Source: Cystobasidiomycetes sp. EMM_F5
Lineage: Eukaryota
DNA length: 64,000 nucleotides
Assembly (NCBI GenBank): GCA_051047955.1
Contig: JBPGPT010000004.1
Span: 682,001 to 746,000 of the forward strand
Reading direction: 5' to 3'
Shown here: piece by piece, positions 47,529-61,647 of the stretch
Layout of the letters: each line of letters opens with the position of its first letter
Position numbering within the stretch: the stretch's first letter is position 1
The notes under the pieces: model-generated
What the model was told of the DNA's origin: nothing
Seen by the model: the letters and a program-made list of their open reading frames with translations, nothing else
Databases searched by the model: none
Position numbers and translations under genes: made by a program

Positions 47529-50133
47529 ATGGCGGCATCCACCTCGCGCACCCATCCACCTCTGCCGCCTTACCTGGGCAGCTGGGCATTAGCATCTCTG
47601 GCTTTCACATCGCCCATCGTGCTATCCCTCATTCTCGTCGCGGTTCGCCTTATATTGGCCATCAACTCGGCAAACACCTCCATCATCCATGCTAAGCAAA
47701 GCTTGACATCGAGCTGCTTAGGGTTGGAAAAGTCTGCTAGCGCTGCTGCTAGCTTTCCGCACTATCTCGCGGGAAATGTCAATAATGCAACCGCAGACTC
47801 TGCGGAAGCTATAGTCCACGGGCTAGGTGAATAGAGTTGGCTGTTCTGCTATCGACAATGACTGACGACTTTGTTGTATGAAGGAACGGTGCTCGACATG
47901 TCTGTCTTGGGCGTTGAAAAGATCGTCACTTTTGTACTGGACATGTATCGATCTCTGTGAGCACATCTAGACGCATGTGAAAAGTCTGCATGATCGCTCA
48001 AGATTTTGGCATTGTAGTTATCTATGCCTTGCGGACTTTGTTGTCCGCGGCACTCTCAATCTGGGCATTGAAGCCACTCAGTACGCGATGGTTTGCACAG
48101 CATAAGGCTTGGGCTGATAATGGGCACTCGCGCTGAATTTCCAGAGAGTTCAGCTCCTTTCTCAACTCGACCTTCTCTGAGATTCGAAGCGATATCCAAT
48201 CAGCGTTCACGGATGCAACGTCGGCGATCGATAGCGCTGTATCAGGGCTCAACAAGCTGCCAGGAGTAAACATACAACCGCCTCACCTCGATGCACCGTC
48301 ATTACCCTTTCTCAACAACGTTCAGATACCTTCAGGCTTTATGAACGGTTTGCTTAGTCTCAACAACTCCTTACCGACATTAGACGAAGTCAAGCAGAAG
48401 ATGAACAGCATCGTTGCAATACCTTTCGAAGACCTTCGACACCAAATCAATGGAACCTTACTGAACGCCAAGGTGGATCGTAGTTTATTTCCAGTACCCG
48501 CTCGTGAGAGCATGACATTCTGTCAAGTATGTGCACGGAGTTTTCACTGCCTGTAAGACACCAAGGTCTCTTACCACATTTGCAACTTGGCAGGATCTGG
48601 ACGTGTCTTTCGTTGACAACGTCGGGCACGAGCTCGTCAAGGTTGCAGAGTACGGGCTCATCGTCATCGCTCTCGTCATAGTCGCCTTCTGTGCGGTAAT
48701 GGTTGCCAAGGAACGTATAATGTTCCGAGGCATCTATCGATTTGTCGAAGTCACTCGTCTGGATTGGGCCAACAGCCAGCATGCAGAACAGATAGGTAGT
48801 AATCCAGTAATCAGTCGAAATGCCCTGTTGGGCTTCACAACTGCGGTATTCAATCCGATTCTACGCGGTTTGCCATCGATCTTCAACAGGATACCCCGCC
48901 TGCGTCGGTCAGCTCGTGCGCGATCCAACATAACGTGGTTTGTAGCATATATCACGTACCTGCCGGCACTCTTGCTTCTGCTGGTCGGTGTCCTCGGTCT
49001 TTTGTCGGTAGAGATCCAGCTAGCTGCGCTGAAACCAACCGAAGCACAAGCTCAAGACCAGGTGAATCAAGGCTTGTCAGGCTTCAAACAAACCGTCTTG
49101 TCCAAAATCAACAATGCCACTGAGGCCAAGGGCTACGCTTTTGCAAATGACAGCAATACTGTAATCATTCGCATGGAGGATGATATCAACAAGAATATGG
49201 TTAGTTATGGCTAAGCGATGAGCCTTCATCGATGTGTCAAGCTGATTCTGATGGTAGCAGTTTGGATGGGTGAATGCCACAACGACCACGCTTAACGCCT
49301 CAATGGTCGAACTATACTCGGACATCACTGGTGCCGTTAATTCGACATTTGGATCGACGCCGCTGGCCTCTCCTGCTTTGCAGCTCATTAAATGCCTCAT
49401 AGGCAGTAAGGTTGATGCATTATCGGAGGCAATGACATGGCTGCACGAGTAAGCATCTTGATCTACTTCCGATCCGCGTGAAGCTGACTTCGCGTGCCCC
49501 AGCAATGCCCATGTCACCCTCCCCAGGGTAAAGAACGATATCTTCATGCTGTCTCCTTCAGCATCGGACGAGCTCGTGTCGTCTCTGGACGCTCCGGCGT
49601 CTACCAGCGGTCCATCTTCCGTCGTGAAGACCCTGATGCAAGAATACCGCGGAGCTCTGCAGAAAGAACGATGGAGCTTCTTGTTGCTCATCGGGCTATA
49701 TCTCTTGGTCGTCCTGTTGGGCGTGCTGGCAATCATTGGACATGAATATGTACTGCCCAGATGGAGGCCACGCAGCGGTTCAAGCAAGGAGATTTCCGAC
49801 GACGAGAAGCCCGCTACGTCAGCCTTCGACTCGGCAAGCAGGCAGGAGACATCATTTACCTCGAGGGTACGTACATGGATCGCGAGACTCGCACGCAGAC
49901 CTCCATCGCTACGTGTTCGGAACAATCTTCCGCCGTACGCGCAGCACGGATCACAATACCCGTCAATGGTAGTCCTGCCGATGCTAAATCACGAGCAATA
50001 TCATCGCGGCGAAGGGACAGCTGGCATTTACCCGTACGGTTTTAATGCGACGGAAGGAGCGAGTCTCAATGGCCCGAATCAAGCGACGAGGCATCCGAGT
50101 AACCCGTTCATTTCACCATTCGACAATCAGTAG
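47529..50133 (+). CDS. PRM1: Plasma-membrane fusion protein Prm1, multi-exon
   Basis: PYLGSWALASLAFTSPIVLSLILVAVRL..SSCLGLEKSASAAASFPHYLA, DMYRSL|YLCLADFVVRG, WFVAYITYLPAL, MEDDINKNM|FGWVNATTTTLN, CLIGSKVDALSEAMTWLH. Confidence 0.9.
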
Positions 50134-50317
50134 TAGCGGAGAAAAGTCAAATCGGTCAGCGATTTTCGCATGTAGCCTAGTATTCATTAGTAGCAGTAGG
50201 AATGTAGCTTAGTAGCTGGTAGTGCAAAGTTAGGCCTTGGAAACTGCGGTGATACGGTCGTCGCTTAGGAACTTCAGCCAGAGAGGCTTACCATTATACG
50301 TACCACCGTCATCAGGG

Positions 50318-51927
50318 ATGCCGAGTGCTCAATCTGTCAAGGAAGCTGTGAGGATGCGAGGTCTACGTCCGGAACCCAAGCCAGAAACGCCTGCCATCTG
50401 ACCATTTAATGTGCGGGACGTCCAGGGCAACAAGGCCTTCCGCGATGGAAAATACGACGAAGCCGTTACCTGCTATTCCGAGTGCATGCGACTGGATCCG
50501 TCCGAGTCTACGTATCCTCTGAACCGTTCCATGGCATATCTGAAGCTCCTCAAGTCAGTTGCAGGTCAAGGAATGACGCAGTATCGGTGTAGCTGATTTC
50601 ATGTTTTGGCTAACAAAAGATACTCGGAAGCTGAGCGTGACGCAACAAGAAGCCTTAATCTCTTGCCTGCTGGCAATCCGAAAGCTCTGTATCGCAGAGC
50701 TCTTGCGAGAAAAGCCTTGGGTCGGCTGTCACAAGCCAAAACAGGTGATGTCGTGCTTGCCAAAGCAAATGTCGAAGGATTTACTGATCTTACTGTCAGA
50801 TCTGGAAGCCGCATTAGCGGAAGACCCATCGAATGTCGCCGTGAAGACAGAATTGGCGTCGCTGGAGAAGCAGACGGCGACGCCTTCCTCTGAGGCGAGT
50901 GAATCATATCATTATGGCGCTCCCATTGACAAGTATTACATAGGCTGAAGAGGAGCTACCTCCTCGTCCTCAACCCTCGGCGAATACGGCTTCTCCGGCT
51001 GCACGTACAAGCAAACAAAGTGTACAGACGAACAAGGCGCCAGAAACGGCGAACAGTTCCGCACAGCTAGATGACCAGCGTAAGTCTGCACTGAAAGCTG
51101 CCATCACCCCACAACATACTACCAGTAGCACATCGAATGGCGATCTGCTACAAGCTGTGTCGTCGAGGCGTTTGGCAGCCAGACAACCCGAGCCGACTAA
51201 GCCTGTCGCCGTAAAGCCCACTCAAAGCGGGACCCCCATCAACAATGCGCAAATGCGCAATGCAGCTGCGCCAGTAAAGCAAGACTTTCTAGCGCTGAGA
51301 TCGCAAAGGCAAGACAGGCAGAGGACACAATTCTTAAGCAATTCCCGCCCTGAAATTGTGCAGGTGGATGAAGATCCGCAAGATCTTCCCTCGGCTACTC
51401 CGATCAAGGACGTCGCAGCTCCGCGTACAGCCTTCGACTTTGACAGACGATGGAGAGACGATGTTAGCTGGCAAGCTCGGGCGGCTTTATTGAAGGTAAA
51501 GAAGTTTTGAATCGGTATAAGAGTCTTCCAGAGCTGAAAGATAAACAGAGTCTCGTTACATCAAAAACAAACATTCCAGCCTTCTTTGGTGACAATTTGG
51601 ACCCCGAACTAGTCGATGCCATACTTGTCTGCCTGAACAGTGTGTGAGTGACCTCCCCGCAGCTTTGCTTCCCCAATTCCTGCATGCTGATTCTTCCATG
51701 CTTCAGGGCACCTGGTGTAGGCACCTGGCCGTCAGATCTGCTGGATAGTCTCTCGAAATGTGCGCGATTCGAGCTGGTCTCAATGATGTGCGCCTCCACC
51801 GAGCGTAAGTCTGACCTCCTGCTGCCAAAGACCGCGATTAAAGGTATTCCAGGCAGTCGTCCGAGAGATTATCGATCCGTCTAATACAGCGAATGAGGCT
51901 ATACTTCGGCGATGGGGCTTGGCATAG
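50318..51927 (+). CDS. TPR co-chaperone, RPAP3/SPAG1-like with C-terminal RPAP3_C-like domain
   Basis: Carboxylate-clamp TPRs (KEA|GNKAFRDGKYDEAVTCYS..LNRSMAYLKL, KALYRRALARK). C-terminal PRTAFDFDRRWR..LDSLSKCARFELVSMM. Confidence 0.8.
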
Positions 51928-52035
51928 GGGGAACTGTCGGTACTGCTGCCAAAGGCCAACGGGCTTCTTGCTGTTAAGAATCAGTCAATCAGTGTTTGTT
52001 GTTGTAGTGTGAATGACGAGCAGCCGTACGAATCT

Positions 52036-52486
52036 TTATTGCCCCGGTAACAGTTTCCTGAGCGTCCGGACTTGAGCTGGCGAAGCGTAACCCGTCTCTC
52101 CCAATTTATTCAGCCGTGCCGGTGTGAGCGATACATTCAAGTGCCGTTTTCCTGGTCGACCCTTCACCGTAGGAGTCAGTCTTTGTCTTTCTGTTACGTG
52201 TTTTATAGACGCACTCGTTTGTACTGTCCGCTCGGTAGCGGTGTCCACCGTTTCGCCGTCCCTTTCTGCAAGACGCGGACAAGGCATTAGCCGTCTTTCA
52301 ATCTCAATCAAGCGCAGCATAGTTTACATGAGTCTTCATCTTGATCTTGGGCGCTGTTTTGAGTGTCCGCAGGAATTGGAAATGTACAAATCCACAAGGA
52401 CACGCTGCAAGTCCTGCTGTTGGGCGGGCATCCGCAACTCGCGAGACGGCAGGCCGTGACCATGATGCGAGCAGTGACCGTAGCAT
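52036..52486 (-). CDS. Mitochondrial ribosomal protein bL35m, 2 introns
   Basis: Arg/Ser-rich presequence MLRSLLASWSRPAVSRV, then the L35 signature KMKTH|KGTAKRW..GQYKR|GRPGKRHLN..LRKLLP*. Visible only after splicing. Confidence 0.85.
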
Positions 52487-52696
52487 GATTGGGTATGGGA
52501 GCAAGAAGGGCCGTCAGTGATTTCAATGAGCTTTGATAGACTGATCGAGGATATCGATGGTATCGTCAATGACGACGGGTGTAGCTTCTTTCTTTTGGAC
52601 CTTTACAAAGACCTCGAGAAGCCGCACAGTGAGTCTCATACTCTGAGACGTCGAAAAGCAAACGTCGTGCTCGATTTTAGCTCCAGCTGAAACTCC

Positions 52697-53882
52697 ATGA
52701 CAGGCCCGTCAAGCTACACGACAATGACCAAACCAGGCCAAAAAGCCTGGGTAGTCTTGCTTACTCGTTCCAACTATCTCGCGGCTGCCATCCTCCTCCA
52801 CTACTCCCTGAAGCGAGTCAAATCCGCCTACCCTCTTCACGTCCTCGTCACTCCAAGTCTCCCACAATCGTCCGTACAAGCGTTGAAAGATGCTGGATGT
52901 AGTATAATCAACGTCGACGTGCTCCGCCCTCAAATAGAAGTCTCGGTCGTGGCTGCCCGATTTACGGATACGTGGGATAAACTACGCGCTTTCGGCCTGG
53001 ATGGGTTCGAAGTCAGTTTTATGTAGTCCGTACGTTGAAAGGGACGCTGACGCTTGCATCTGCATCTAGCGGGTTGTGATGCTCGATGCAGACATGCTCG
53101 TATTCCAAAATATGGATGAGCTGTTTGACCTTGACTTGCCAGAAGGATGGATTGGCGCAAATCATGCCTGTGTCTGCAACTGGAGTAGAGACAAATGGTC
53201 ACCAGAGGAATGGTGAGCAGTGCCGTAGATGTTTTTGATTCGCGCAACAGGCCAACACCGTCTCGATAGGCGTCCATGGAACTGCGGCTGGACACAAGCG
53301 GGGCTGACAGGTGAAAATGTGGTTGTGACGCCTGAGTCACGACATACACATACATTGCTGAATAGCGGTATGGTCGTTCTAACGCCGTCTCCCAAGTTGA
53401 TGGAAGAGATTATTCACTACCTCTACAACTCTCCGCTGGTGAAGACATTTAGCTTCCCGGACCAGGACTTTATTACCGAGTTTTGGCGAGGACGATGGCA
53501 TAACGTTGGTTGGTCATACAACGCAATCAAGACGGCGCGGTACTGGCATCCAAACCTGTGGAAGGATGGGGGTGTGCATAATTTGCATTATATTGTCGCC
53601 AAACCATGGATGACACCGAGAGAGAAATGGACAGCTTTCGAGGGCGATGACCGCACTACGCATGGCTGGTGGTGGCATACCTGGCAAGAATATCGAAAGT
53701 CCGGAGTACCACAGTCGGTGCTAGACGAGTGTGAGAAACACATGCTCGGAGAAGGAGTTGATGTGGGTGAAGTGGAGAGCTGGGAGGAGAGTGTGAAAGC
53801 GGAGCAACAAGGTCGAAAGCGAAATGACCCTTGGCCGCCTGGCGAACCGTGGGGTGTCACGGTAGACGGAGTGGAATACTAG
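52697..53882 (+). CDS. Glycosyltransferase family 8 (glycogenin/galactinol-synthase-like)
   Basis: KAWVVLLTRSNYL, RFTDTWDKLRAF, DxD motif VMLDADML, HACVCN, LNSGMVVLTPS, FPDQDF, LHYIVAKPW. Confidence 0.9.
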
Positions 53883-54294
53883 ATGACGGTACGATAGTGT
53901 AAAAGCGCCTCAGTTTAGATCGTGACAGAATCATAGACGTACATATAAATTATCTCAATTTGCTGCTGCTGCTTGGCTTTTTCCACACATAAAACACATC
54001 CAGCCCGGATTCGCTCAATACCCTGGCGTACATCTCATCGTCGTATGAGGCTGTACGTACTGGCGACTTGCACCTGCGACCATCAGTGCAAGCTAAGGCG
54101 AGTCTGAGGCAAGACGGACCAATATGCTTCTTTTAATGGAAACAAAGACGGCGAGCGGACAGCGACTCTCAGCGTCCTGGCCAGTCACTCGAACAACGCT
54201 TGGCTTTTCCTTCGCTTGAAGCAGACATGTTTGTATTGTTCAAGCCCAGTTTGTCCAGGATTTGTTGTAGATTAGGCGTTTCTGAATCAACGCA

Positions 54295-57200
54295 ATGACC
54301 GTGGATGACGATAATGAAGAGCCTGCTGACGATGGAGCGGGCGGTGATGCTGTTGATGCCTTCAAATCTGTAGCCTATGCGAGTGAACCTGGTCGCGACA
54401 AAGACGGCTTCACAAGCCTGCCCAGGTCATTCAGTCATTCGACAGTCCTGCTGCCCCTGCTGGATGCCTTCTGCAATGACCCGCACGATGATAAACGCTT
54501 GCAGGATATCCAGGCTCTCGTACGGCTTCGCGTCCATGGCTGGAATCGTGGTATGCTGAAACCCCACATCTACCATTCAGCTTGACCTCTATCAAGAAGC
54601 GCCGTATTTGCTGGAGCCTCATCTCGAGAGGTTGTCGGATGGACCTATGGCAGCTTTTGGATCCGCAATATCGATAGGCAATTACGAACGAGCCGCGTAT
54701 TTCGGTATATACTTGCACTGGCTTTGCAAGGTCGTAACGGCCAAGATACTGGGTACGTAGCGTGTTTATAAGAGTGCTTTCACTACTCCCTCTCAATGTA
54801 TATGTAGTCCGGTACTTTCCACACGAAGTATCGGATCTCAATCTGCTCTTAACTTTTTTGACAGAGCGGGACTTTACAGAAGTCAGCTGGAAAACTCGCT
54901 ACGTGTGCCTACTATGGCTTTCTCTTGTAGTTTCTATTCCCTTCTCTCTGTCCAAGTTCGCCGCCGGCACGCAATCGTCATATGCAAATATCGAGGGAAT
55001 CATCCGACACTGGCTGGCAAGTACTGGTGCCGAACGCGATGCCTCAGCCATTCTGGCGGCGAAGTACTACAACAGGACAGATGTCGACGGTACGAGACTG
55101 TCAGGCCTCTTGGAGTGGGCGCAGGTAGAATTGGCAACTGCGAGCGGAGAAGCAGTCTATCTAGTGAGGCAGACGTAACATCGGTTCGTTCGGTGTTTCT
55201 CTGACAGTTGACAGGCTACCGGGATGCTACAATTCTTGGCCGCCCTACTGAAATCCGCTACACAACAATCGTTCTCCCAAGATACCCTTGCCCAAATTCA
55301 TCGATTTTGTACAGAGGTGATAATTTCCCCAGACGGTTCCGGCACGCGTTCAAATCCTTTGTTTCGACGTCTCAGAGCAAAGATCTATGGGCGTCTGGCT
55401 TATGCCAATCTGCCACGTGCCAATCTTTTGGATATAAGCGGTCCAAGCGTAAATCGTGCATCCGCAACATTGCCTATCGACGATGGTATCGAGGTCCCGA
55501 ACCAGGTAGAGGAAGCAGTCTCGGACCTGTTGGAGCTACTTTCTGACAGTGTCAGTGTCGCGGGGCGACTCGCTAGTTTAGAGCATGGCTAACCGGAATC
55601 CCGCAGGACTCTCGCGTTCGCTGGACGACCTCGAAGGCCCTCTGTCTCATATGTAGCGCACTTCCGCGTAGTTTAGTAGACGAGATATGCGAAGCTGTGC
55701 TCAGCTTGTTTGCGGAGAAGGTTGCCGGGCTTGACACGGAGGCAGAAGATCTGACTCTCGTATCATCCTCCACATGGCATGGAGCGGTCCTCTGCTTATC
55801 TGCGTTCCTTCGTTCAGGATTGATGTCAACACAATTGACGAGAAACGCTGTCCCATGGATCTTGCGCGCGTTCGTGTTCTCGCAGCGTCGCGGGACGCAG
55901 AAGCTGGGATCGGCGGTCCGCGACGGAGCTTGCTACTTCTCGTGGTGCACTGCTCGTGCGCTATCTGCCCGGCCAGATATCGTACCATCAAGTCTTATCG
56001 AAGAAATGGCGATACAACTGGCCGTTGTCGCTTGTACAGATGAGGAAGTCTCCGTCAGACGAGCTGCGGTTGCAGCCTTTCAAGAACTTGTCGGTCGCGC
56101 TACCTGCGTACCTGACGGTCTGGACGTCATCGTCGCCCTAGATTCGCGCAATAGTGCTAGCAAGCGGAGAGCTTTGCTTATCGCAGCTCCTGCGGTGGCG
56201 GAGTACTCCAAGTATCGAGCAGCACTGATCAAACGCACCAAATTAGTGCTGGTCAATCATGCAGATACCGACATGCGAGAGCTGGCGGCGACGAGCCTAA
56301 GCTTGTTGATCAGGCTTGAGAGCCTGCTGACTGTAGAGTCACTTATCGACGAGTATATCGGAATGCTCTTACGTTCGGAAGACAAGCCTCAAATTCATGG
56401 TGCATTGTCATTTCTCGCAGAAGTGTGCAAAGACGACACTAACCAGGTCCATAGATGCAAAGTATGCGTCTTCCTTCTGCACGCTTTCATCGGACCGGCT
56501 TACCCCTCGCCTCATAGATACTCAACTCCCTGGCTCACATTCCTCAAAAATTTTATACAGGCGCGCTGATTGTCTTACTGCTCCCTGTCATTGCCGGCAT
56601 TATCAAATTCTCCGCAGATTCCGTACCGAAAGTCGCGAATCATCAGCTCGTCTGGCGAAGAGCGGTAGACAGCGCGCTCAAACGACCTGAATCATCTGCA
56701 CACAGTGCTGCGGCCATGATTGTGGAAACAGTCAGCGCGCATACTGATTGCTTGGCGGATGTGAAAAGATAAGTAAAGCCATTGGCGGGTTGACAGGGAA
56801 GCTAACTTGAAATGGTGAGAGCACTGCATTGATTCAGCTCAAAAAGAGTACGTCGCCTTCGACACAGCAATGTGTGACCCGAATGCTGGGGTACTTCGAC
56901 TATACGGAAAATTCTTCCTGCCATCAACTATTGACCGTGGTTGTCGACAGGCTGAACAAAGTTCTTGTCCCGACGGTACGTTCGAATTTAGTCGGACAGA
57001 CGCTTCCTAACTTTATTCTACAGAACGTGCCGACTTACACATCCATCGAAGCTAAGAAAAATACTTTGAACAGTCTAGGAACGATTCTAACGCGCTATTA
57101 TGAAGACTCAGCCGTCGACCGGGAGGGCATCGTATCATCTTTGAGGAACGGTCTCCTCGACTACACGACGGACGAGAGAGGAGAGGTCGGCTCTGGGGTG

Positions 57201-58097
57201 CGCATCGTATGTATGGAACAGCTTGCCGCTATCGTCCTTGCCTATTCTCGGCGTGGTGTACTCGATCTAGACTTCGCAAGGTCTACTGTTGTCGCCATGA
57301 TCAAGCAATTCTGCGAACGTATGGACAATGCGCGCCATTGCGCTGGACATCTCCTTAGATCGCTGACTCCTATATGCCCAATCGTGACAATCAAGTAGGT
57401 AGATCGTCGTAGTGGTACAAGGTGACGCTGACTTTGCTCTAAGGCCCTCTAATCTTGGCGAATTCAAATTATCAGAAGTACTGCCCGAGATCCTCGATAG
57501 CCTCCCGTCTCTCACGCTAGAAGAGCGAATTGCTATTCTGTCTGGCATTGTGACGGTCACTGGCCACTCGCAGCAGACTACGGCGAAAGAGCAGGATGTT
57601 TTCATTTCATGGGTCATCCGACTGCCTGTGGATTCCCAGAAGTCCGACAAGTACACGTTGCCAAAACTCTTCAGAGATCTGCTTGTCATTGCGAATGCTC
57701 CAATGCAGACTAATCGCATCTTAGTACCCACCTTGAACACTTTGGCCATCTTATTGGAAGGTGTGATGGCAGAGGAAGCAGTGCAGTATGCCGAGCTAGA
57801 TTTGCCCGACATTTTCAAGACTGCACAGGCGAGTATAAGCAGATCAAAGATCCAGATGCGACTTTTGGCGGCCTGCCGACTGCTGCGTGCTCTGGCTCTT
57901 GCGACGGACGTACGTGTAGCCGGAAAAGCGCAAAGCAGCCTGTCCGAGACTTTGGATAAATATCCTGCAGTGAGCGATCCCACATCCAATATATCACAGG
58001 AAGCTGAATGTACGACTAGCTGTCTCCGCTGCTATTGGGAGACTTGGACCATGAGATTGTGCTATCCGCTATGCCAACGGAGGATACGCCACCTTGA
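54295..58097 (+). CDS. Tubulin-folding cofactor D (TBCD/Cin1/Alp1), multi-exon; 3' end uncertain
   Basis: LDLYQEAPYLLEPHLE, VRYFPHEVSDL, WKTRYVCLLWLSLVVSIPFSL, WHGAVLCL, GSAVRDGACYFSW, DEEVSVRRAAVAAFQELVGR, GLLDYTTDERGEVGSGVR. Confidence 0.88.
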
Positions 58098-58237
58098 ACC
58101 CGAATTGCCGTTCTGGCACAGCCGCGACTATTCGGCAAACGTGGTGTCTGACAGCAGCTACCGCCACGACACACGTATACTCCTGTAATGCGCAAGTTCG
58201 ATGCAAGTCGCATCTTGCTGCATCCCCATTGCCGAAG

Positions 58238-58651
58238 ATGCCAGTCAGACAGAGTGCCGCTAAGCTTGAAGTGACTATCCCTACGAATGGACACGATCGA
58301 GCTTTCAAGCTGCTACGCGCAAGTATCGAGGAGCTCAAATTCAAGAATCTACAGATCGTCTCTGCGTCCGATCGGAACACGGAAATGAGGCGCTTCTTCG
58401 ACATCATTCCGGTTTCGGGCAAAGGCGAGGTGTCCAGCTATGAGGAATTCAGGATATCTGGCATTGTCGACGAACTGAATCGCAAAGCCATGAAGGAAGC
58501 TCGGAAAAATCGCAGCCACATTGGCAAGATTCGATTGAATGCCATCGAAATTGTCGATGATGAAGGAGTCCATTTGGATTGTTTGGCACCCGAAGCGCGG
58601 AGTGTTTCAGCGCTGGATCTCGATTTTGATTACGCAGCAGTGATGATGTGA
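58238..58651 (+). CDS. Small hypothetical protein (~137 aa)
   Basis: ATG in AAGATG context. Protein-like alternating beta/alpha pattern (LEVTIP..AFKLLRASIEEL..FFDIIPV..IVDELNRKAMKE). No family recognised. Confidence 0.45.
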   Translation: MPVRQSAAKLEVTIPTNGHDRAFKLLRASIEELKFKNLQIVSASDRNTEMRRFFDIIPVSGKGEVSSYEEFRISGIVDELNRKAMKEARKNRSHIGKIRLNAIEIVDDEGVHLDCLAPEARSVSALDLDFDYAAVMM

Positions 58652-59016
58652 GAAAATGTACTCGCACGCGACCTGCATAGATGCTTTAGAGAAAGGGAGT
58701 AAAATGGGATTCTGCTGTTTGCATCGCTTCGCGGTCATGAAAGTGCAATCGACGAAGAGCGTTAACGAATGTCAGGATTAGTATGACAGCGCAGATCAGA
58801 ACAGGCTGCCTTCATATCCGTGATTTTATCCGTGATTTGGGATGACCATCAGTTTCCGCAGGATAGACCAGCTAGTCAGGGATATAAGCGCAAACCAATG
58901 CAGAAACAAACGCTACAACACGTTGCGACAACAGTACCAGCCACCAATGACGATATTGCGGGTGTACACCTGATGCTGAAAGAACTGCGACTTCTCGGCT
59001 ACACTGCTCGCTTTGC

Positions 59017-61262
59017 CTAGAGGACCGCTGGCGGCATCTGCGAGAATGAGATCAGTACGAAATATCGACTGCAAGTCAACTACAGAATAGAATATACCTT
59101 CATCATAGCTCTCCTCACGTGAAGGTCCGCCAACACCTAAACGATGTCATCCATCAGTATGTGATTGTGATGGCAGAGTAGCAAACACAGGGTATCCATA
59201 CCTCTTCCGCTCCGCCGAGCTGTAAAGTAAAGATACGTCAGCAGCGGACCGTAACAGCATAATGCCAACACTGACAAGAGCATCGAATTTGTAAGTCCGC
59301 TGGAAAGCTTCGACAGACCCGAGCATTCCCCCTAGCAAGGTTTAGTAAAATTTAGTAAAATTCAGTAGCGTTGAAAGGGGTTTATTCGGAAATTTGGTCG
59401 TTTACCTTTGGTGATCCCGCGGCCTCCTGCAATTTGTACGCTGTTTTAATGCTTTGCTTCAGCTTCGATCTGATTACTGACTGTGCGGAAAGCGCGACAT
59501 ACGCATGATCCGCCACAAAGTGCAAGTTTCTAGTGAGCTGATACTTGAGGAGACCGATGGGTCCGCCTAGGTAGTCACTCTGCGCCTTGTAATCCATCTT
59601 TGTCATATTGTAAGTAATTTGCTCGAGCCAAGCTTGGCCAAACTCGGCGCGGGCCATCATGTCTGCAATCTTCTGGCGGACTACAGGCTGCTCAATGAGC
59701 GGCTTGCCGAAGACCTTGCGCTGGTGTGCCCATTTGAAGATCTCCTCGGTGATGAAGCGGGATCCAACAGCAGCACCTGCACATAAAGTACAAATCAGCT
59801 CAGCGCGTATCCTGCGGACGGGACAAACTTACCGCAGCACATCGTCCATCTCTCGTGGTTGAAGTTGCTGAGAATGACTTGAAGACCCTTGTTGAGCTGA
59901 CCGAGCATATTGCCTGCCGGGACTTTCACATTGTCGAAGACGATATAAGCAGTGCCCGCTGCGGATGAATAGGAGGTCTTGATCGCCTTCGTATCCACGT
60001 TATCATCGCGTTCAACGAGGAATACTCTGCATTGGCTGCTCGTCAGAGTGTGAATCGGAAGAGAACTGAGCCTCAATGACGCACGTCAAGCCCTTGTCCG
60101 TCTTGCATCCGACTGTAAAGTAGTCGGAGAAAGTTCCGTTGGTGATCCTGTCAAGGGTACAAGGAATATCAGGTCAAACCAATTTGAAATGTCAACGTAG
60201 CATCGGATAACGGGCCATACCACTTCTTTGTGCCATTGATTATGTAATGCTTGCCATCCTCCGTCTTCGTCGCGGTTGTCCGCAGACCTGCCACATCACT
60301 TCCGGCAAAGGCTGGTCATACAGAGTCAGAGACCGTACTTTAGACAAGCGAAGACGCCGCACCTTCAGAGATTGCGAGAGAGATATACTTGTCACCTCTC
60401 AGTACCGCTGGGACCACCTTCTCGCGAAGTTCCTTGCTTCCAAAGTTCATGACTGGTGGCAAGCCGATGACCATTCCGCCTAGGAAACCATCAGAGTAGC
60501 CACGAGCTCCAATACGAGACAGCTCCTGCGTAATAATGAGTTCGTGGAACTGGAAGTGGACGTCAGTACAGTGTGATGGAAGCGGGATATCTGGCATTAC
60601 ATAATCGAAGTCCTCGCCCTTCAGACCGGAAGGCAGAGTGAGACCATGGAGGTGTTTGCCTGGTCCCAGACGCATGGCATTTAGATGCCAGCGTGGTTCT
60701 CCCATCTTCTTGATGAGCTCGATAGTAGGGCGCTTGTCGGATAGTTCGTGTTCTGCCGCTTCCTTGCGGACAAAGGTGTCAAAGAAGTATCGCATCTCCT
60801 TTTGGAACTTTCGGTGACCATCGTTGTAGTATGGTGAGTGGTATCCTTTTGACAACCAAGTAGCTTCTGCAAAGGGCACTGGCGAGAGCTTGCCAGCTTG
60901 TGGCAAAATGACCTTTGGCGATTCATTCTCAATCTGGATAATGAACGGTAAGCTGCAGTCTCGCGCTAGACGCGTTAAATACTACTCACCGTGCCAACAA
61001 TGAGCCTCTGGTACTTTTCGAGCACGCTCGAGCGATGAAGACCAAAGAAGACCTCTGTGCCGTCCTTGCCGGCCACCGATGCTTCGAGCAGGACGTTGGC
61101 TCCGCCCGGATGCAGGGCTGCAAACTTTGACAGATCGTAGACTGCAGTATCGACGACAATCCACAGGTCGCCCTCCTTGTTGTGCTTTGCGACTTCGGCG
61201 CGACTGAACGTCTTGCCCGACTTGTTTGCGACTGGCTGTGCCGTTGCAAACTCTGCTGCCAT
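59017..61262 (-). CDS. Acyl-CoA dehydrogenase with N-terminal cytochrome b5-like domain, multi-exon
   Basis: b5 motif WIVVDTAVYDLSKFAALHPGG. ACAD motifs GMVIGLPPV, ISLAISE|PFAGSDVAG, YIINGTKKW|ITNG, NFNHERW, QRKVFGKPLIEQPVVR, GGRGIT. Confidence 0.93.
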
Positions 61263-61647
61263 GGTGAGTATTAGTATTCAGTGCTAATGCCCTGTCAGTA
61301 TATTATAATCTTTGCCCAGTTGGTCAGTGTCCAAACGAGTACTCGTCGTCCAAATTGTCCTGAAATCCTTTCAAGTCGGCTATGAGTTCGCCGGTGAAGG
61401 CAGGCACGCGTAATGCACCCAATCCGGGCACTGGCAGATGGGCAAGCACGCTTCGACAAACCGCAACGAGCTCATCACTATATACTCGTTGTGACCGCAG
61501 TCTTGGTCTGACTTGTACATTGAAAAGAGCCGGCTTCGATAGCGTGACTGGAGATTTACAACGACAGGAATGGCTTACAGATACCCTGACAGGACTTCGA
61601 CGAGACCACACTCATGCATAGTAGCAGCACCCCAATCACCACCCCGC

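Noticed and set aside
49077..49925. Long antisense ORFs (for example 49077..49925, 57267..57989, 20810..21418)
   Set aside because: They are shadows of well-supported genes on the opposite strand.
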